A stretch of DNA of 64,000 bases from a virus (IMGVR_UViG_3300028048_001169:96001-160000), one strand, 5' to 3'; shown: positions 33,501 through 42,991, counted from the first letter of the stretch. Translations and numbers: made by a program. The notes: a model not told the origin generated them from the sequence alone.

Positions 33501-36500
33501 CTGGATTTGGTGTTAATAAGATAGCTAAGAGTCTTAAGTTAGATAAGTTAGCTGGAACTAAAGTTGGTCAAAAAGTAGTTGGTGCTGCTAAGGATAAATT
33601 TAATACCTTATTAGGAAAGGGTATTATCAATAGTAAACTTGGTACCAAACTTGCTGGTAGATATGAAGCAAAAGTTGCAAAAGAAGCTGCTGTAAAGCGA
33701 GCTAAGGATATTTCGAAACATTCTGTTCAGAAAGCCATTGCTCGTCATAATAGAAAGCTTATGAAACGTGGAAGCGAGAAGCTTGTAGCAGAATCAACAC
33801 AATCTGCTATGAAGAAGATCGCTAAAGATGCCGCTACAGAAACTACAAAGAATAGTGTATATAACGGCATTAAAGAAGGTCTCACCAAAGCGTTTAATAA
33901 GATTTGTACAGTAATTCCTAAATTCAAAGGTCAGCAAAAAGTATTAGCTGGAGCAGCTGATGACATTGCAGAGGCTGCTGCTAAAAAGGCTGCTAAGCAA
34001 ACAGGTGAAGCTGCTGCTAAGATTGCTGCTAAAGTTGCAGCTGGCTTTGTATGGTTTACAAAAATTGCATTTGTAATTTCAGATTTCTGGTCTGGTTATG
34101 AAGATGCTACAACAACATGGAAGGTTAAAAAAGCTAGTACTTCTCAGAAGTTAATTAGTGGATTACTTCGTGTTGTATTAAACCTCAATCCATTAATTGG
34201 TATGCTTCTTCCTGATTCTTTAGTTATGGATATTCTTATTGATACAGTTGCACCTATCTTAGGAATTGATGTACGAAAGATCAAGAGTGAGAGAGCTGCT
34301 GCTGAAGAAGAGTTAAAAGAATACAATGAAGCTAACGGTACTAATTATTCTTGGAGTGAGTATAATAAACAAGTACTTGGAAATTATACAACTGGAGAGA
34401 AAATTGGTAACTGGTTCAAAAATACATTCACTAGTGTCAAGAATGTATTCACTGGTGGCAAGAAGTCTTCAAAAACACAGAAAGCATCTAATACTGCTAC
34501 AAAAGCAACTGGTGCTAGTGGATCTGGCTTATTAGGATATGCTGGTGGTAGTAGTGGACGCCGTACAGCTGCACCTAGCATTGGATTAGATCGTATTACA
34601 ACTGGAGTTGGTAATTACTTAGGTAATGATATTGACTCTAAGAGTATGAGAGATCTGAGCAAGATGTATGATGATATGGAAAAAGCTGCAAAGCATGGAA
34701 ATATCACTGGTGTAACAAAAGCTAGCGAACGTACTATGAAGAAGCTGAATGCTAAGAATTCTGGTATGAGTCGTACCTTTGGTATTATCAGTAAGCTTGG
34801 TATGTTTGCTTATACATCTACTGCTATGATGAATAAGTTTACTGCTAAGGATAGTGTTGTTTCATCAACAACTTCTGAAGTAACTGGTACTGATGATACT
34901 TCTAATGGTAAAGGTAAATCTTCATCTAAGAATGGTAAGGGTATCCTTGGTACAATTGGCGGAGCTATTGTTAGTCTTGGAAAGACAATTTCTGGTTGGT
35001 TTGCTGGTAAAGGTTCAGGATTAACTGGTTATGCTGGTGGATCTTCTGAAGTTGTTTCTCAGTTAGATAGTAAATATTCCAATATTTCTGTTGGTGGTAA
35101 GTCTATGGCTGAGAATGGATGTGGACCTGCATCTGCTGTTATGGCATTGGATTCTCTTGGTAAATCATCTTCTGTAAGCAGTGCTGCTAGTATTGCTAAT
35201 AATTATCAGGTTACTGGAGGAACTGATGCATCTTACTTCCGTGATATGTTTAGTCGTAATGGTGTAGACTCTAGCTATGTACAAGGCGATGGAGTTAAAT
35301 CTGCAGTTGCTAGTGGAAATCCTGTTGTATTAATGGGACAAGATTCTAGCAATACAAGTAAAGCAAATTCACCATTTGGACCTAATAATCACTACGTTGT
35401 TGCTAATGGATACGATAGTAATGGTAACATTAATATCAGTGATCCAGAAACAGGTAACCATTCTTATAGTCCAAGTATTCTTGATAACGTTAAGATTGGT
35501 ATTGCTGCATCAGGTAGTAGACGAAGAAGAAAGCGTAACAATACGTCTTCTAGAGCTAACCATGCTGTTCATTTTGCTGCATCTGGTAGCAAAAAGAATA
35601 ACAAGACAAAGGGTGGAGCTCTTAAAATGACCATGGAGAACTGTAGAAAAGAGAATCTTGGTGTATGGTCAGAACCTACAGTAGAAGAACTCAATGCATT
35701 TATTAAGAAGAAAAACCCAACATCTCCATTCAATGGACATGGTGACGTATTTATTCGTGCTGGTAAAGCTTCTGGACTTGATCCTAGATATATCTTAGCT
35801 CATGCAGCTTTTGAATCAGCTTGGGGTACTTCTAAAATCTGTAGAGAGAAGAATAACTACTTTGGTATCGCTGCCTTCGATAGTAATCCATATAATTCTG
35901 CCAAGAGATTTGGATCTGGATTAGAAGCTGGAATTATTGGAGGTGCATGTTGGATCGCTGAGCATTACTATCACGGTTCTTATGATCAAACATGTATCTA
36001 TAAGATGAGATGGAATAACAACGTACACCAATATGCAACTGATCCAAAATGGGATACAAAGATTGCTGGTCTTATGGCTAAAATGCCTGCTAATACCAAA
36101 TTGACTTTAGCAAAGGGTGTAAAGAGCACTGTATTAAGTAGTCTGGGTGAGAGTGGATCATCTGTTTCTGGAGATGCATCTGGTGGTGTATCTGGTGATG
36201 CTACTGGTTCTTCAAGCAATTCTTCATCTACTGGATTACTTGGTTCTATCATCAATACATTCAGCAATGCTTTTGGTAAAGTCTTTGGAGGTAATGAAGA
36301 ATCTTCTGATGATTCATCATCTTCTTCATCTGATAGTGGTACTGCAAATGGTGCTGATTACACGAATTCTATCAAAACTGCAACTACTGCTGAAGGTAAA
36401 GCATTAGCAAATAGCTTTATTAATAAAGCTGCTAGTAAGATGGATTACGTTGAAGGAGCTGGAAATGATACAATGTTTGGTAAGTTTATGGGTGTAAATA

Positions 36501-37462
36501 AACAACCTTGGTGTGCATCATTTGTAAGCTGGGCAATGTCTGAAGCTGCTGGTGGAAAAGATAAAGCTGCTGTACCTTTACGTGGTCCTGTATCTGCATC
36601 TGTAGATGGATTATGGAGTAACTTCAAATCACATAATGCAATGACTTCAAATCCTGCTCCTGGTGATATCGTTATCTATAAGAACGGAACTTCCCACACT
36701 GGTCTTGTAGAGAAGGTAGAAGGAAATAAGATTACTACAATCGAAGGTAATACTTCTGGTGGTAATGGATTTAGTCGTAACGGTGGTATGGTTGCTCGTA
36801 AGACATTTACACTAGGAGATGGAAGCTACAAAGCAAAGCATCTTACTGGATTTGGTAGACCTGATTGGGATAATGGATCTACTGCTGCTAAAGCTGAAAA
36901 GAAGAAGCAGAATAAACGTAAGAAGCAAATGGAAAAGCATGGTACGAATGTATCTACTACAAAGCAAACTTCATTTGGTACAGTTCCTAATTACACAAGT
37001 TCCAGCTTAGGCAGTAACATGATGAATTATACCATTCCGAAAGTAGCTAAAAAGGGTGGTAAAGGATCTGGTCTTATTGGATATGGTGGCGGAGCTAGTG
37101 GATCAACTGGAAGAGTTATGCTTGATTCATCTGTATTTTCAGGTGCTATTTCTAAAGCAGAAAATACCAAAAAGGTTGGTAGTAGATCAACTACTAAGAC
37201 TGGTATCATGACATCTATGTCAAAAGACTCAGCTGCTTTACTCAAGATTATTATTGAGCTAATAACAAGTATTGTACAGAATACAGATCGTATTGAAGGA
37301 ATCTATTCATTACTTGAAACTTATTGTAATAGATCGGGTAATGCTGAACTTCAAAATGCTGTTAAGGAACAAAAGTCATCTTATGTTCCTAGAGAAACAT
37401 CTAATAATTTAGATAGTTTAGCAGATCTTCGTAGAATGTGTGATGCTATATTAGCAGGTTAA
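27575..37462 (+). CDS. Giant (3295 aa) tape-measure-like/tail-associated lytic protein with C39 peptidase, GH73 glucosaminidase and CHAP domains
   Basis: Gly/Ala-rich helical and glycine-zipper segments; SQLD..Y...GCGPASAVMA...HYVV (C39); HAAFESAWG..NNYFGIAAFD..YATDPKW (GH73); PWCASFVSW..HTGLV..TIEGN (CHAP). Confidence 0.88.
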   Translation: MANLFGNNKRKTPDRFTKINALTYARNVGKSFGYAFIDNFNNMAPTTAALLKESNDLKNEMFANISSFKSKATDFDKSGTASIVLEGAKDFRNNLVADIRNGTWYNKQRIEKANDEIASDAFGISLDDFGDFDSDFDFDTGDDMDFDTDVTVSAEEANAKAISSAVSEASQRAAGAVSMATAQSAEYVVTSNRANTKALYNGMTSGFGKINVGLAAINTNISALMELGKPLTDHMQNSSKFYIATSQYQEKSLALLEQIAKNTTPPEIKRKSAKKGTTINDLVTADGLLDISAYKDFVQTQFKDMTSMFTSSLDMIGGAKNGMKMLTASPGQLLLPFLTGQLFNIRGSKTNRTLKQAISGFDKALSGMATGLMAKAKATDFSGMGMIGELLNVLRDNFIPNSGLKTKINTGNYVKGRVDWTGKADKALREVIPTQLGKILSAITGEQARTFDYETGKWVPIKDIETDAHNRKMRAARSAGGDFFSDIKSSVNKSNMTKKGKEAYNEQVDAFLMKMMMNDSQDFIKLTDDRFWRERGSEYKDVISEKVFKDFQKRAKAVARRNPGSRSELASNFYSARASYGRGTENSDNLEYMLHNGSMDFGNKQSMGLRRLDEFDKDNLFYLRGIYTYTGYLANNFKYLIPGVDTGGFNSNMVVLEGFPDPTKSNNNIGKVNNRAKKKSAPRGNMKMSSDVDADLDAVYRYNEDTDEDAFLDSLGDELREYYEKSKRGEVDKDPTKDNKIGLARSAYKRKNDVRGKIGNAYRKIADSDSRAGKILSAFENTLDVTTDSVSDMLDSVSRGINDFVYGKPGQEKGTSIADTVKTGLRSITDALVDNVKVFLPDFVVDFATSIWKSINENEHVKNFKEKTKGSLKNVAKWFVPQKVREFFSGKEEEPQAEAEGASGSGLFGSSLFNTVYAAQNSIFTGYAGGASRRNRSNTKTNTKTKSEYNNSKKKNRRGKRQSRSGANRSKVNAGADDDAAAADEVIERASDKIARFMTDKLSGFIADHNPKTEKETIQNNINKMLKEADIGAMGAGAVIGGGLSLVTGAFLGPIAAAGVGAAIGFVTKSNTAQELLFGKLTTDEDGNVSREGGIVKKDLANFITKNVPSMAKGGGIGAVAGTFLGSPLLGSIVGAGIGFVSSSENAKKTLFGDLVEEVDENGNTHKVRAGGLVSKKIQDMVKKGAFGASAGAAAGLLIGPFGPVGNLMVGSALGFASTTDKFQKWFFGDKDENGKFKFGKGGFSEKIRKEMFEPIVGIFDKLSKRITEQIKELGHTFKKWLKQFILKKVLGGLATWIFGKAKIGRAIASAGKKVATGAWNIITKPGQMINNALERGNLAKGYGIENTTSVERNLMRAGFRVQEDGTVVDRNGNLAFNSIQEAAQSGIAAHGKAANTMGARIDTALQLFTDPEEATKLRTLLGQANSDEQAQLSARIKGSTDLYGQLFKIQREDDNKAKAASNLQKLFANGRIKGTTEEEVAEELRMLMNSRNGFMKNRYKDNEKFSEEDISGLSKLISNANKNIANANTNARSSVVEMISGKMREAGYTDAEIERFTKGSKSDKYLMRMASQLGVNIKRMEKDGAKTVDSVVIDTIPGLLQNIKNAITEGVSTITQDTKTGVTKLATGIERIYNHFRYGKMGDAMNDLYSDVGDVAGTVSRLPGDLFNLGRTGVKGVSDATREMYGEYLKEQTKKYQSKKAARANRYKEHTDTAGSGSGLFGFGAGGGKVRNQFGTLVDSNEDIASQQRKKDTAMRNNALFSISSMGGGVSSLVSGMNKIVSGLFGDKKEKKKSLFSKLTELITGGTGLLGGLLSGIFGFFGGGGLSSASGIVGKVLNAFGGKGAFSNILRGALIATVGTGIVKGTYDTLANRVTNGAIGRGYGQMGTSSNASYTGLTAMDASGNMVAVAMDGNGNPVTDENGNYISTNGQALDPSRTQVTESYATRSLGERERDKIGRTLLTYGPKKAFKSSIAGFGVNKIAKSLKLDKLAGTKVGQKVVGAAKDKFNTLLGKGIINSKLGTKLAGRYEAKVAKEAAVKRAKDISKHSVQKAIARHNRKLMKRGSEKLVAESTQSAMKKIAKDAATETTKNSVYNGIKEGLTKAFNKICTVIPKFKGQQKVLAGAADDIAEAAAKKAAKQTGEAAAKIAAKVAAGFVWFTKIAFVISDFWSGYEDATTTWKVKKASTSQKLISGLLRVVLNLNPLIGMLLPDSLVMDILIDTVAPILGIDVRKIKSERAAAEEELKEYNEANGTNYSWSEYNKQVLGNYTTGEKIGNWFKNTFTSVKNVFTGGKKSSKTQKASNTATKATGASGSGLLGYAGGSSGRRTAAPSIGLDRITTGVGNYLGNDIDSKSMRDLSKMYDDMEKAAKHGNITGVTKASERTMKKLNAKNSGMSRTFGIISKLGMFAYTSTAMMNKFTAKDSVVSSTTSEVTGTDDTSNGKGKSSSKNGKGILGTIGGAIVSLGKTISGWFAGKGSGLTGYAGGSSEVVSQLDSKYSNISVGGKSMAENGCGPASAVMALDSLGKSSSVSSAASIANNYQVTGGTDASYFRDMFSRNGVDSSYVQGDGVKSAVASGNPVVLMGQDSSNTSKANSPFGPNNHYVVANGYDSNGNINISDPETGNHSYSPSILDNVKIGIAASGSRRRRKRNNTSSRANHAVHFAASGSKKNNKTKGGALKMTMENCRKENLGVWSEPTVEELNAFIKKKNPTSPFNGHGDVFIRAGKASGLDPRYILAHAAFESAWGTSKICREKNNYFGIAAFDSNPYNSAKRFGSGLEAGIIGGACWIAEHYYHGSYDQTCIYKMRWNNNVHQYATDPKWDTKIAGLMAKMPANTKLTLAKGVKSTVLSSLGESGSSVSGDASGGVSGDATGSSSNSSSTGLLGSIINTFSNAFGKVFGGNEESSDDSSSSSSDSGTANGADYTNSIKTATTAEGKALANSFINKAASKMDYVEGAGNDTMFGKFMGVNKQPWCASFVSWAMSEAAGGKDKAAVPLRGPVSASVDGLWSNFKSHNAMTSNPAPGDIVIYKNGTSHTGLVEKVEGNKITTIEGNTSGGNGFSRNGGMVARKTFTLGDGSYKAKHLTGFGRPDWDNGSTAAKAEKKKQNKRKKQMEKHGTNVSTTKQTSFGTVPNYTSSSLGSNMMNYTIPKVAKKGGKGSGLIGYGGGASGSTGRVMLDSSVFSGAISKAENTKKVGSRSTTKTGIMTSMSKDSAALLKIIIELITSIVQNTDRIEGIYSLLETYCNRSGNAELQNAVKEQKSSYVPRETSNNLDSLADLRRMCDAILAG

Positions 37463-37543
37463 AGTTTAATGAGAGGGTGTCATTTTCACCCTCTCTTAAC
37501 TTTTATATAAAAGCTTTAATTATATAAATGAGGTGGTGAATTT

Positions 37544-39193
37544 ATGTCATATTCAAAAGGAACTGATGGTGGTAGTGGTGGAGCACAAACTAATGCTAAA
37601 CATGTAGAAGAAAAATTATCTGATAAAGAAAAAGAAGAAAGAAAAAGGATAGTAAAAGCTCAAAAAGCAGCATACAATGCGGTACGAAAATCTGGAAAAA
37701 AAGTATCTGATTTTGATCCATATGGAAATGATGCTGAGTTTAAGAAGCATACTAATGGAGTTGGTGGTGGCTCTTCATATATACCAGGTGTACTTACATC
37801 CGGATCTATAAATGGTATATTTGGAATGCCGTACCAATTTCTACCATCTGTAGATAGACGAGTTTATGTAGAGGGAAATACGAATGATAATACTATAATG
37901 GGTAGAAAGTATGCAGAGAAAGTTGCATCTCATCTACCATTATTATTTTTAACCCCATGTCGCCAAGTATTCATGGAGGGATTTGATGCATCAGATCAAG
38001 AGAGTGTTCTTGGTAGTATTGTAAATGGTGCCGGTATAGCTGGTGCTATTGGTGGTAATGGTGTTGTTGAAAGTAGTTTATTAAAGAAAACAGGTAGATA
38101 CTACAGTGCAAAATATGCTTGGGCTGAGTACTATCGTTGTGTAAATAAACTAGCAACACAGGTTGCTGTTTTATGCGGTTTACAGGACGAGTTATCTTCA
38201 GATGGTGTTAATCTAGCCAGTGAAGATTGGGTAAATAAAAAATTTCATAACGAAAGTTTTGATAGATATTTTGCTGCTAAAAAATCAGTTGTATTATACG
38301 TTGATGGATTAACAACAGTAGATGATTCTTTTTCAAATTCAACAACTGATTCATCATTAGCATCAACAATCAATGGTTTTGGAGAGCAAGCAAGAGAATT
38401 ACGATTTATTACTGGTGGATCTAGTGGCTTAAGTGCAATCTATGACAAAGGTTCTGAAATGGCACAAGATATAACAAAAGATCTCACATCAATTACTGAA
38501 AGATTCGGAGGAGCATCGCTTACAGAAGGTATGCTAGGAGATTTAGCAAAAACTGGTGTAAGTACTGTTTTAACTGGTGGTAAGATTATATTCCCTAAGA
38601 TTTGGGGAGATTCTTCTTATAGTAGGTCTTATAGCTTCTCTATTAAATTAAGATCACCAGATCATGATTCTTATAGTATTTATCGTAATATACTGATACC
38701 ATACTTACATTTATTAGCACTTGTAATGCCACAGTCTTTAACATCTGGTCCGGGTGCACAAAATCCAAATGCATATGATACACCGTTCTTAGTACGTGCA
38801 TATGCAAAAGGAATGTTTAATATTAATATGGGTATGATAACAAGTATGGATGTTACCAGAGGAGCAGAAGCTCAATGGAATGATCAGGGATTGCCAACAC
38901 AGATGGATATTAATATTACCATAGAAGATCTGTATACAAGTTTATATTTGTCAAACCCTAAAGGTATTAATTATTTCCGCAATACATTTGATATTATTAC
39001 GAATACTGAAATGGTAGATTACTTGGCAAATTTATCAGGTCTAAACGTTGCAGCTGAAACTGTTACACGACAAGTACAGTTGTTCAAATATATGGTGGCA
39101 GCCGACTTCGCTAGAACACCTTCAAATATTTATAATTATTTTGAAAACGGTGTTACAAATCTAATAAGAAGAGCATTTGAACGTTTATTCTAA
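37544..39193 (+). CDS. Putative virion structural (baseplate/tail) protein
   Basis: Follows the giant tail gene behind a late-type motif (AACT-N6-TA ~37498); C-terminal PKIW.DS...RSYSF..L...GMITS...W...GLPT pattern. Confidence 0.6.
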   Translation: MSYSKGTDGGSGGAQTNAKHVEEKLSDKEKEERKRIVKAQKAAYNAVRKSGKKVSDFDPYGNDAEFKKHTNGVGGGSSYIPGVLTSGSINGIFGMPYQFLPSVDRRVYVEGNTNDNTIMGRKYAEKVASHLPLLFLTPCRQVFMEGFDASDQESVLGSIVNGAGIAGAIGGNGVVESSLLKKTGRYYSAKYAWAEYYRCVNKLATQVAVLCGLQDELSSDGVNLASEDWVNKKFHNESFDRYFAAKKSVVLYVDGLTTVDDSFSNSTTDSSLASTINGFGEQARELRFITGGSSGLSAIYDKGSEMAQDITKDLTSITERFGGASLTEGMLGDLAKTGVSTVLTGGKIIFPKIWGDSSYSRSYSFSIKLRSPDHDSYSIYRNILIPYLHLLALVMPQSLTSGPGAQNPNAYDTPFLVRAYAKGMFNINMGMITSMDVTRGAEAQWNDQGLPTQMDINITIEDLYTSLYLSNPKGINYFRNTFDIITNTEMVDYLANLSGLNVAAETVTRQVQLFKYMVAADFARTPSNIYNYFENGVTNLIRRAFERLF

Positions 39194-39285
39194 GTATAAT
39201 AAATAGACAGGAATCTTTGTGTTCCTGTCTATATTTGATATTTACACGGATATTAACTTATTAATATATAAAGGAGGTAATATAC

Positions 39286-39678
39286 ATGAGTTCTATCATA
39301 CCATCACTAAACCTATCAAAAGCAATTACTGATCAGTATAACAGAGTTAACGATTTAAAAAATTCTAATGCATCTACAGAAGCATTAGGAATTGATTATA
39401 GTCGACTGGATACCAAAACAAAAGGAATGCTAAAGGATAGCATTGCATCTGCTATAGTGAATTATAAAAAGTATGACATGTATCCAGAGACAAAAGAATA
39501 CCTGGATCAGTTATTCAAACAGAATATGGGTACTTCATTTACAATTGAATATAAGAAATTAAAAGACGACTTATGTGATATTAATGTAGAGGGTAATCTA
39601 AGAGAAACCATTCAGTTGGTATTGATCAACAGAGCAAGAGAATTATATCTTGATATGACATTAAACCCTACAGTGTAA
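39286..39678 (+). CDS. Hypothetical protein whose stop codon overlaps the first repeat unit
   Basis: AAGGAGG RBS; late-type motif ~39256; no terminator between it and the array. Confidence 0.7.
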   Translation: MSSIIPSLNLSKAITDQYNRVNDLKNSNASTEALGIDYSRLDTKTKGMLKDSIASAIVNYKKYDMYPETKEYLDQLFKQNMGTSFTIEYKKLKDDLCDINVEGNLRETIQLVLINRARELYLDMTLNPTV

Positions 39679-40595
39679 ACCCGCTAAAAATAAGGGTTTT
39701 ATACTCTTGGTATACCAAGACCATATAATCCACTGTTTATGGGCTTTATGGAAGGTGTGATTTTATACTGTTTGTGCACTCTTTCAATCATTAACTTCCT
39801 GTTCGATATGGCGTCAAACCCGCTTAAAATAAGGGTTTTATACTCTTCCAATTTGGAAGACCACATAACCCAGTATTTATGGGCTTTGTAGGAGGTTTGG
39901 TTTTATAATGATTATACACCTTTTAAATAACATATAATGGTGTATTTTTTGAGATGTCCTCCCAAACCCGCTAAAAATAAGGCTTATGAACTCTTCATAT
40001 AGGGAGAGTACATAACCCAGTATTTACGGGCTTTGTGGAGGGTGTGGTTTTATAATGATTATACACCTTTCAAATAGATTCCCTGTATTTTGATATGTCG
40101 TCAAACCCGCTAAAAATAAGGGTTTTATCCTCTTCCAATAGGGAGACCATAAAATCCCGTATTTACGGGCTTTGTGAGGTATTGTTGCATAATGCTGGCT
40201 ATGTTTTTCAAATTAGAAAACCTGTATCTTGACATTGCTTCAAACCCGCTAAAAATAAGGGTTATGTACTCTCCCTAAACCAAGAGTACATAATCCACTG
40301 TTTATGGGCTTTGTGGGGTGTGGTTATATAACGATTATATACCTTCAAAATACATATCACTGTTTATTTTAGTAAGGTCTCAAACCCGCTTAAAATAAGG
40401 GTTATGTACTCTTGGTATACCAAGAGCACATAATCCAGTATTTATGGGCTTTGTAGAAGGTTTGATTTTATAATGATTATATACCTTCAAAATACATATC
40501 ACTGTTTATTTTAGTAAGGTCTCAAACCCGCTTAAAATAAGGGTTTTATACTCTCCCAATACCAAGAGCACATAACCCAGTATTTATGGGCTTTG
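39677..40595. repeat. Tandem array of 7 imperfect palindromic ~140-bp units
   Basis: Units start at 39677, 39816, 39964, 40103, 40242, 40382, 40524; each AAACCCGCTWAAAATAAGGGTT-central dyad-AAYCCAGTATTTAYGGGCTTTG plus a ~65-75 bp related spacer. Confidence 0.95.
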
Positions 40596-40677
40596 CTTAA
40601 AAATATTTTGAATCATATATTATAAATGTGGTAATATATAAGCTCGTCTATAATTATAACGTAAAAAGGAGGATATT

Positions 40678-41283
40678 ATGAATAACGAGTTTAATTTTCA
40701 AGAAACAATCGATCAGATTCAAGAATTCACTGCATTGGATTTAGGTACAGTAAAAGTATTTAAAGCTGATAACCAACATCCATATTTTGATCTTATTGAT
40801 GTATGCAAGATTATTGGATTTTCTTCTTCTGACGCTACATCAAGAATGAAGCAAGAACTAATTTGTATGAGTAGTGCTCTACATTCATTAAGCGGTAAGT
40901 ATAAGTTTATTAATGAATATCCTGTTATGATTGATATTAGAACAACAGAAATAGCATCTGGTCGTGGTTTTGGCGGAAAATCTTATGAACGAAATGTTAC
41001 TAAAACATATATATCAGAGTCTGCTATGTATCATATCATAGGAAGAGCATCAACTCCGAGTGCAATGATATTTAATGCTTGGGTAAGTGCTGTATTACTT
41101 CCTAAAGTAAGACAAGTTGGAGCTGATCGTTCTATTGAGTTATTAGAGGAGGAGATTCAGAAGTTAAAGTTGGAAGTACTTAATAAGCAAAATGCAATTG
41201 ATCGTTGGGAGAACTATATTACAAAGAACGGAGGAATTCAAATCAATATGTCTGATTTTATCAGATCTAATTTAGAGGCATAA
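40678..41283 (+). CDS. BRO-N family DNA-binding protein (antirepressor-like)
   Basis: PYFDLIDVCKIIG...YISESAMYHIIGRASTPSAMIFNAWV...LLPKVRQVG, then a coiled coil. Confidence 0.8.
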   Translation: MNNEFNFQETIDQIQEFTALDLGTVKVFKADNQHPYFDLIDVCKIIGFSSSDATSRMKQELICMSSALHSLSGKYKFINEYPVMIDIRTTEIASGRGFGGKSYERNVTKTYISESAMYHIIGRASTPSAMIFNAWVSAVLLPKVRQVGADRSIELLEEEIQKLKLEVLNKQNAIDRWENYITKNGGIQINMSDFIRSNLEA

Positions 41284-41307
41284 ACTGTAGTAAAGGAGTG
41301 TAACACT

Positions 41308-42669
41308 TTGAATTTAGAAGAATCACGTATTACGGTTAACTATTCTTATCCTGATAATATGGATTGGGAATACACAGCACACATGGAGCGTATTGACTTT
41401 GATAAAGAATGTGCTTTAGATATAGAAACTGGAAATGGTTTCATTATAGCGCCACCAAAGACAACTATTAAGAAGGATATTAAAGATCCAGATGGAATCT
41501 TTAGTCCTAAATTTGGTCAGAAATTGGGAGATCTAAATCCATTCATTGATCGTTATAGTTGTGAATGTGGTAATTTAAAATCACGTATCAACAATGGTAT
41601 TGAATGTCCTATATGCCATACGAAATGTAAATCTGTTGGTGATAATTTTAAGATGTTTGGATGGATTAAATTGAAACCAGAATACCCAATCATCCATCCA
41701 GATATATATGTAAACCTAGATTCATTCTTTGGACGTTCAAAATATGATAAGAAATCTCGTAATAGAGAAAAGGGGTCGAAGTTAAGAAACATTATCGAAT
41801 ATGATATTCCAATTGATCTGAATGGTAATGAATCTGAATTGATTTCAATCGAAAAACCAGATGAACCTTTCTTTGGAAAAGGAATGATTTATTTCTATAA
41901 TCATTTCGATGAAATTATGCATTATTATTATCAAAAGAATCCTAAGAAGAAAGAACTCTATGATGATATTATGAAAGATAGAGAGAAAGTATTTACACAT
42001 TCTCTACCAGTCTTCACAACACATCTTAGACCAATGGATATATCTTCTGGATCAATGTATTTTGAACGTTGTACAGCGATATATAATATGATGGTAAAGG
42101 AAGCTCATCATGTAAATAGAACTGATACAAAAGCAAATAGAACTCCAAAGGTAAAAGCACAAGAGTTGTTCAAATTACAGATGAAGTTCAACGAATTATA
42201 CACAGAGGTTGTACAAATTCTGAATGGTAAGCGTGGACAACTTAGAATGCTAGTTGGAGGAAGATATAACTTCTCTGCACGATGTGTTATTCGTCAGGAA
42301 CCTTCTTTACGAATTGATTATATCAAATTACCTTATAAAGCTTTAGTTATTATACTAAAAGCTCAGATAGAGAATTTACTCCATAGAATGTATAATATAT
42401 CATTCCAAGAAGCATATGATCGATGGGAACGATCTTTGGACAAGATAGATCCTATTATATTAAAGATTCTAAATTCTCTTATTGAACATGGTCACGTTAA
42501 TCCTGAAACTGGAGAAACAGAACCAGGAATTCCATTTATTATTAATCGAAATCCTACTATCAATTATGGTTCTATTATTCAAGTATTCTGTGTTGGTATT
42601 AATCTAAATGATTTTACCATGGCAATATCTCTCCAGGTATTAAAAGGATTATGTGCTGACTTCGACGGT
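41308..42669 (+). CDS. Phage RNA polymerase beta' subunit N-terminal half, exon 1
   Basis: DGIFSPKFG, Zn finger CECG..CPICH, FGWIKL, GKRGQLR...GRYNFSARCVI, NRNPTI, ADFDG. Confidence 0.92.
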
Positions 42670-42991
42670 AAACGTAAAAAGTACATTGCCGTCGTTAAAG
42701 CTATCTAACTGCTGGAAACTGCTTAGAGCTTATTCTACCAAAGTGTGACAATGAATAAGATTGGACAATCAGCAACGAAGTCTCTGTATAGAGAAACGCT
42801 CAACGACTATCGAAAAGCAAAGTAATTCGAGAAATACGGTTACAATTGTTAGTAGAGTAGGGCCTAAAATTTAGGTAGGTGAAATTCCTTTAAATCCAAA
42901 CGGTAGCCAATATATGTACGGTAATAGTGCATATATTGAAGATATAGTCTGTGTTATATAGAAATATATAATGTCGTTATAATAAATAACG
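42670..42991 (+). ncRNA. Group I intron (322 nt, no ORF) inside the RNAP catalytic ADFDG/D motif
   Basis: GGT| donor with IGS GCCGTCG (42688-42694) pairing CGACGGT; P10 GTACATT/GATGTAC; P7 GACTAT 42805 and GATATAGTC 42941; terminal G42991; splicing gives ADFDG-DVLNIML in frame. Confidence 0.92.

Noticed and set aside
27673-37245. Numerous antisense and alternate-frame ORFs inside the giant gene (also inside gyrA, RNAP and ligase)
   Set aside because: Shadow ORFs produced by codon bias; no RBS or motifs
39677-40595. CRISPR array
   Set aside because: Repeats are ~72 bp and degenerate, spacers are homologous to each other (units 5 and 6 nearly identical), and no cas genes are in the window
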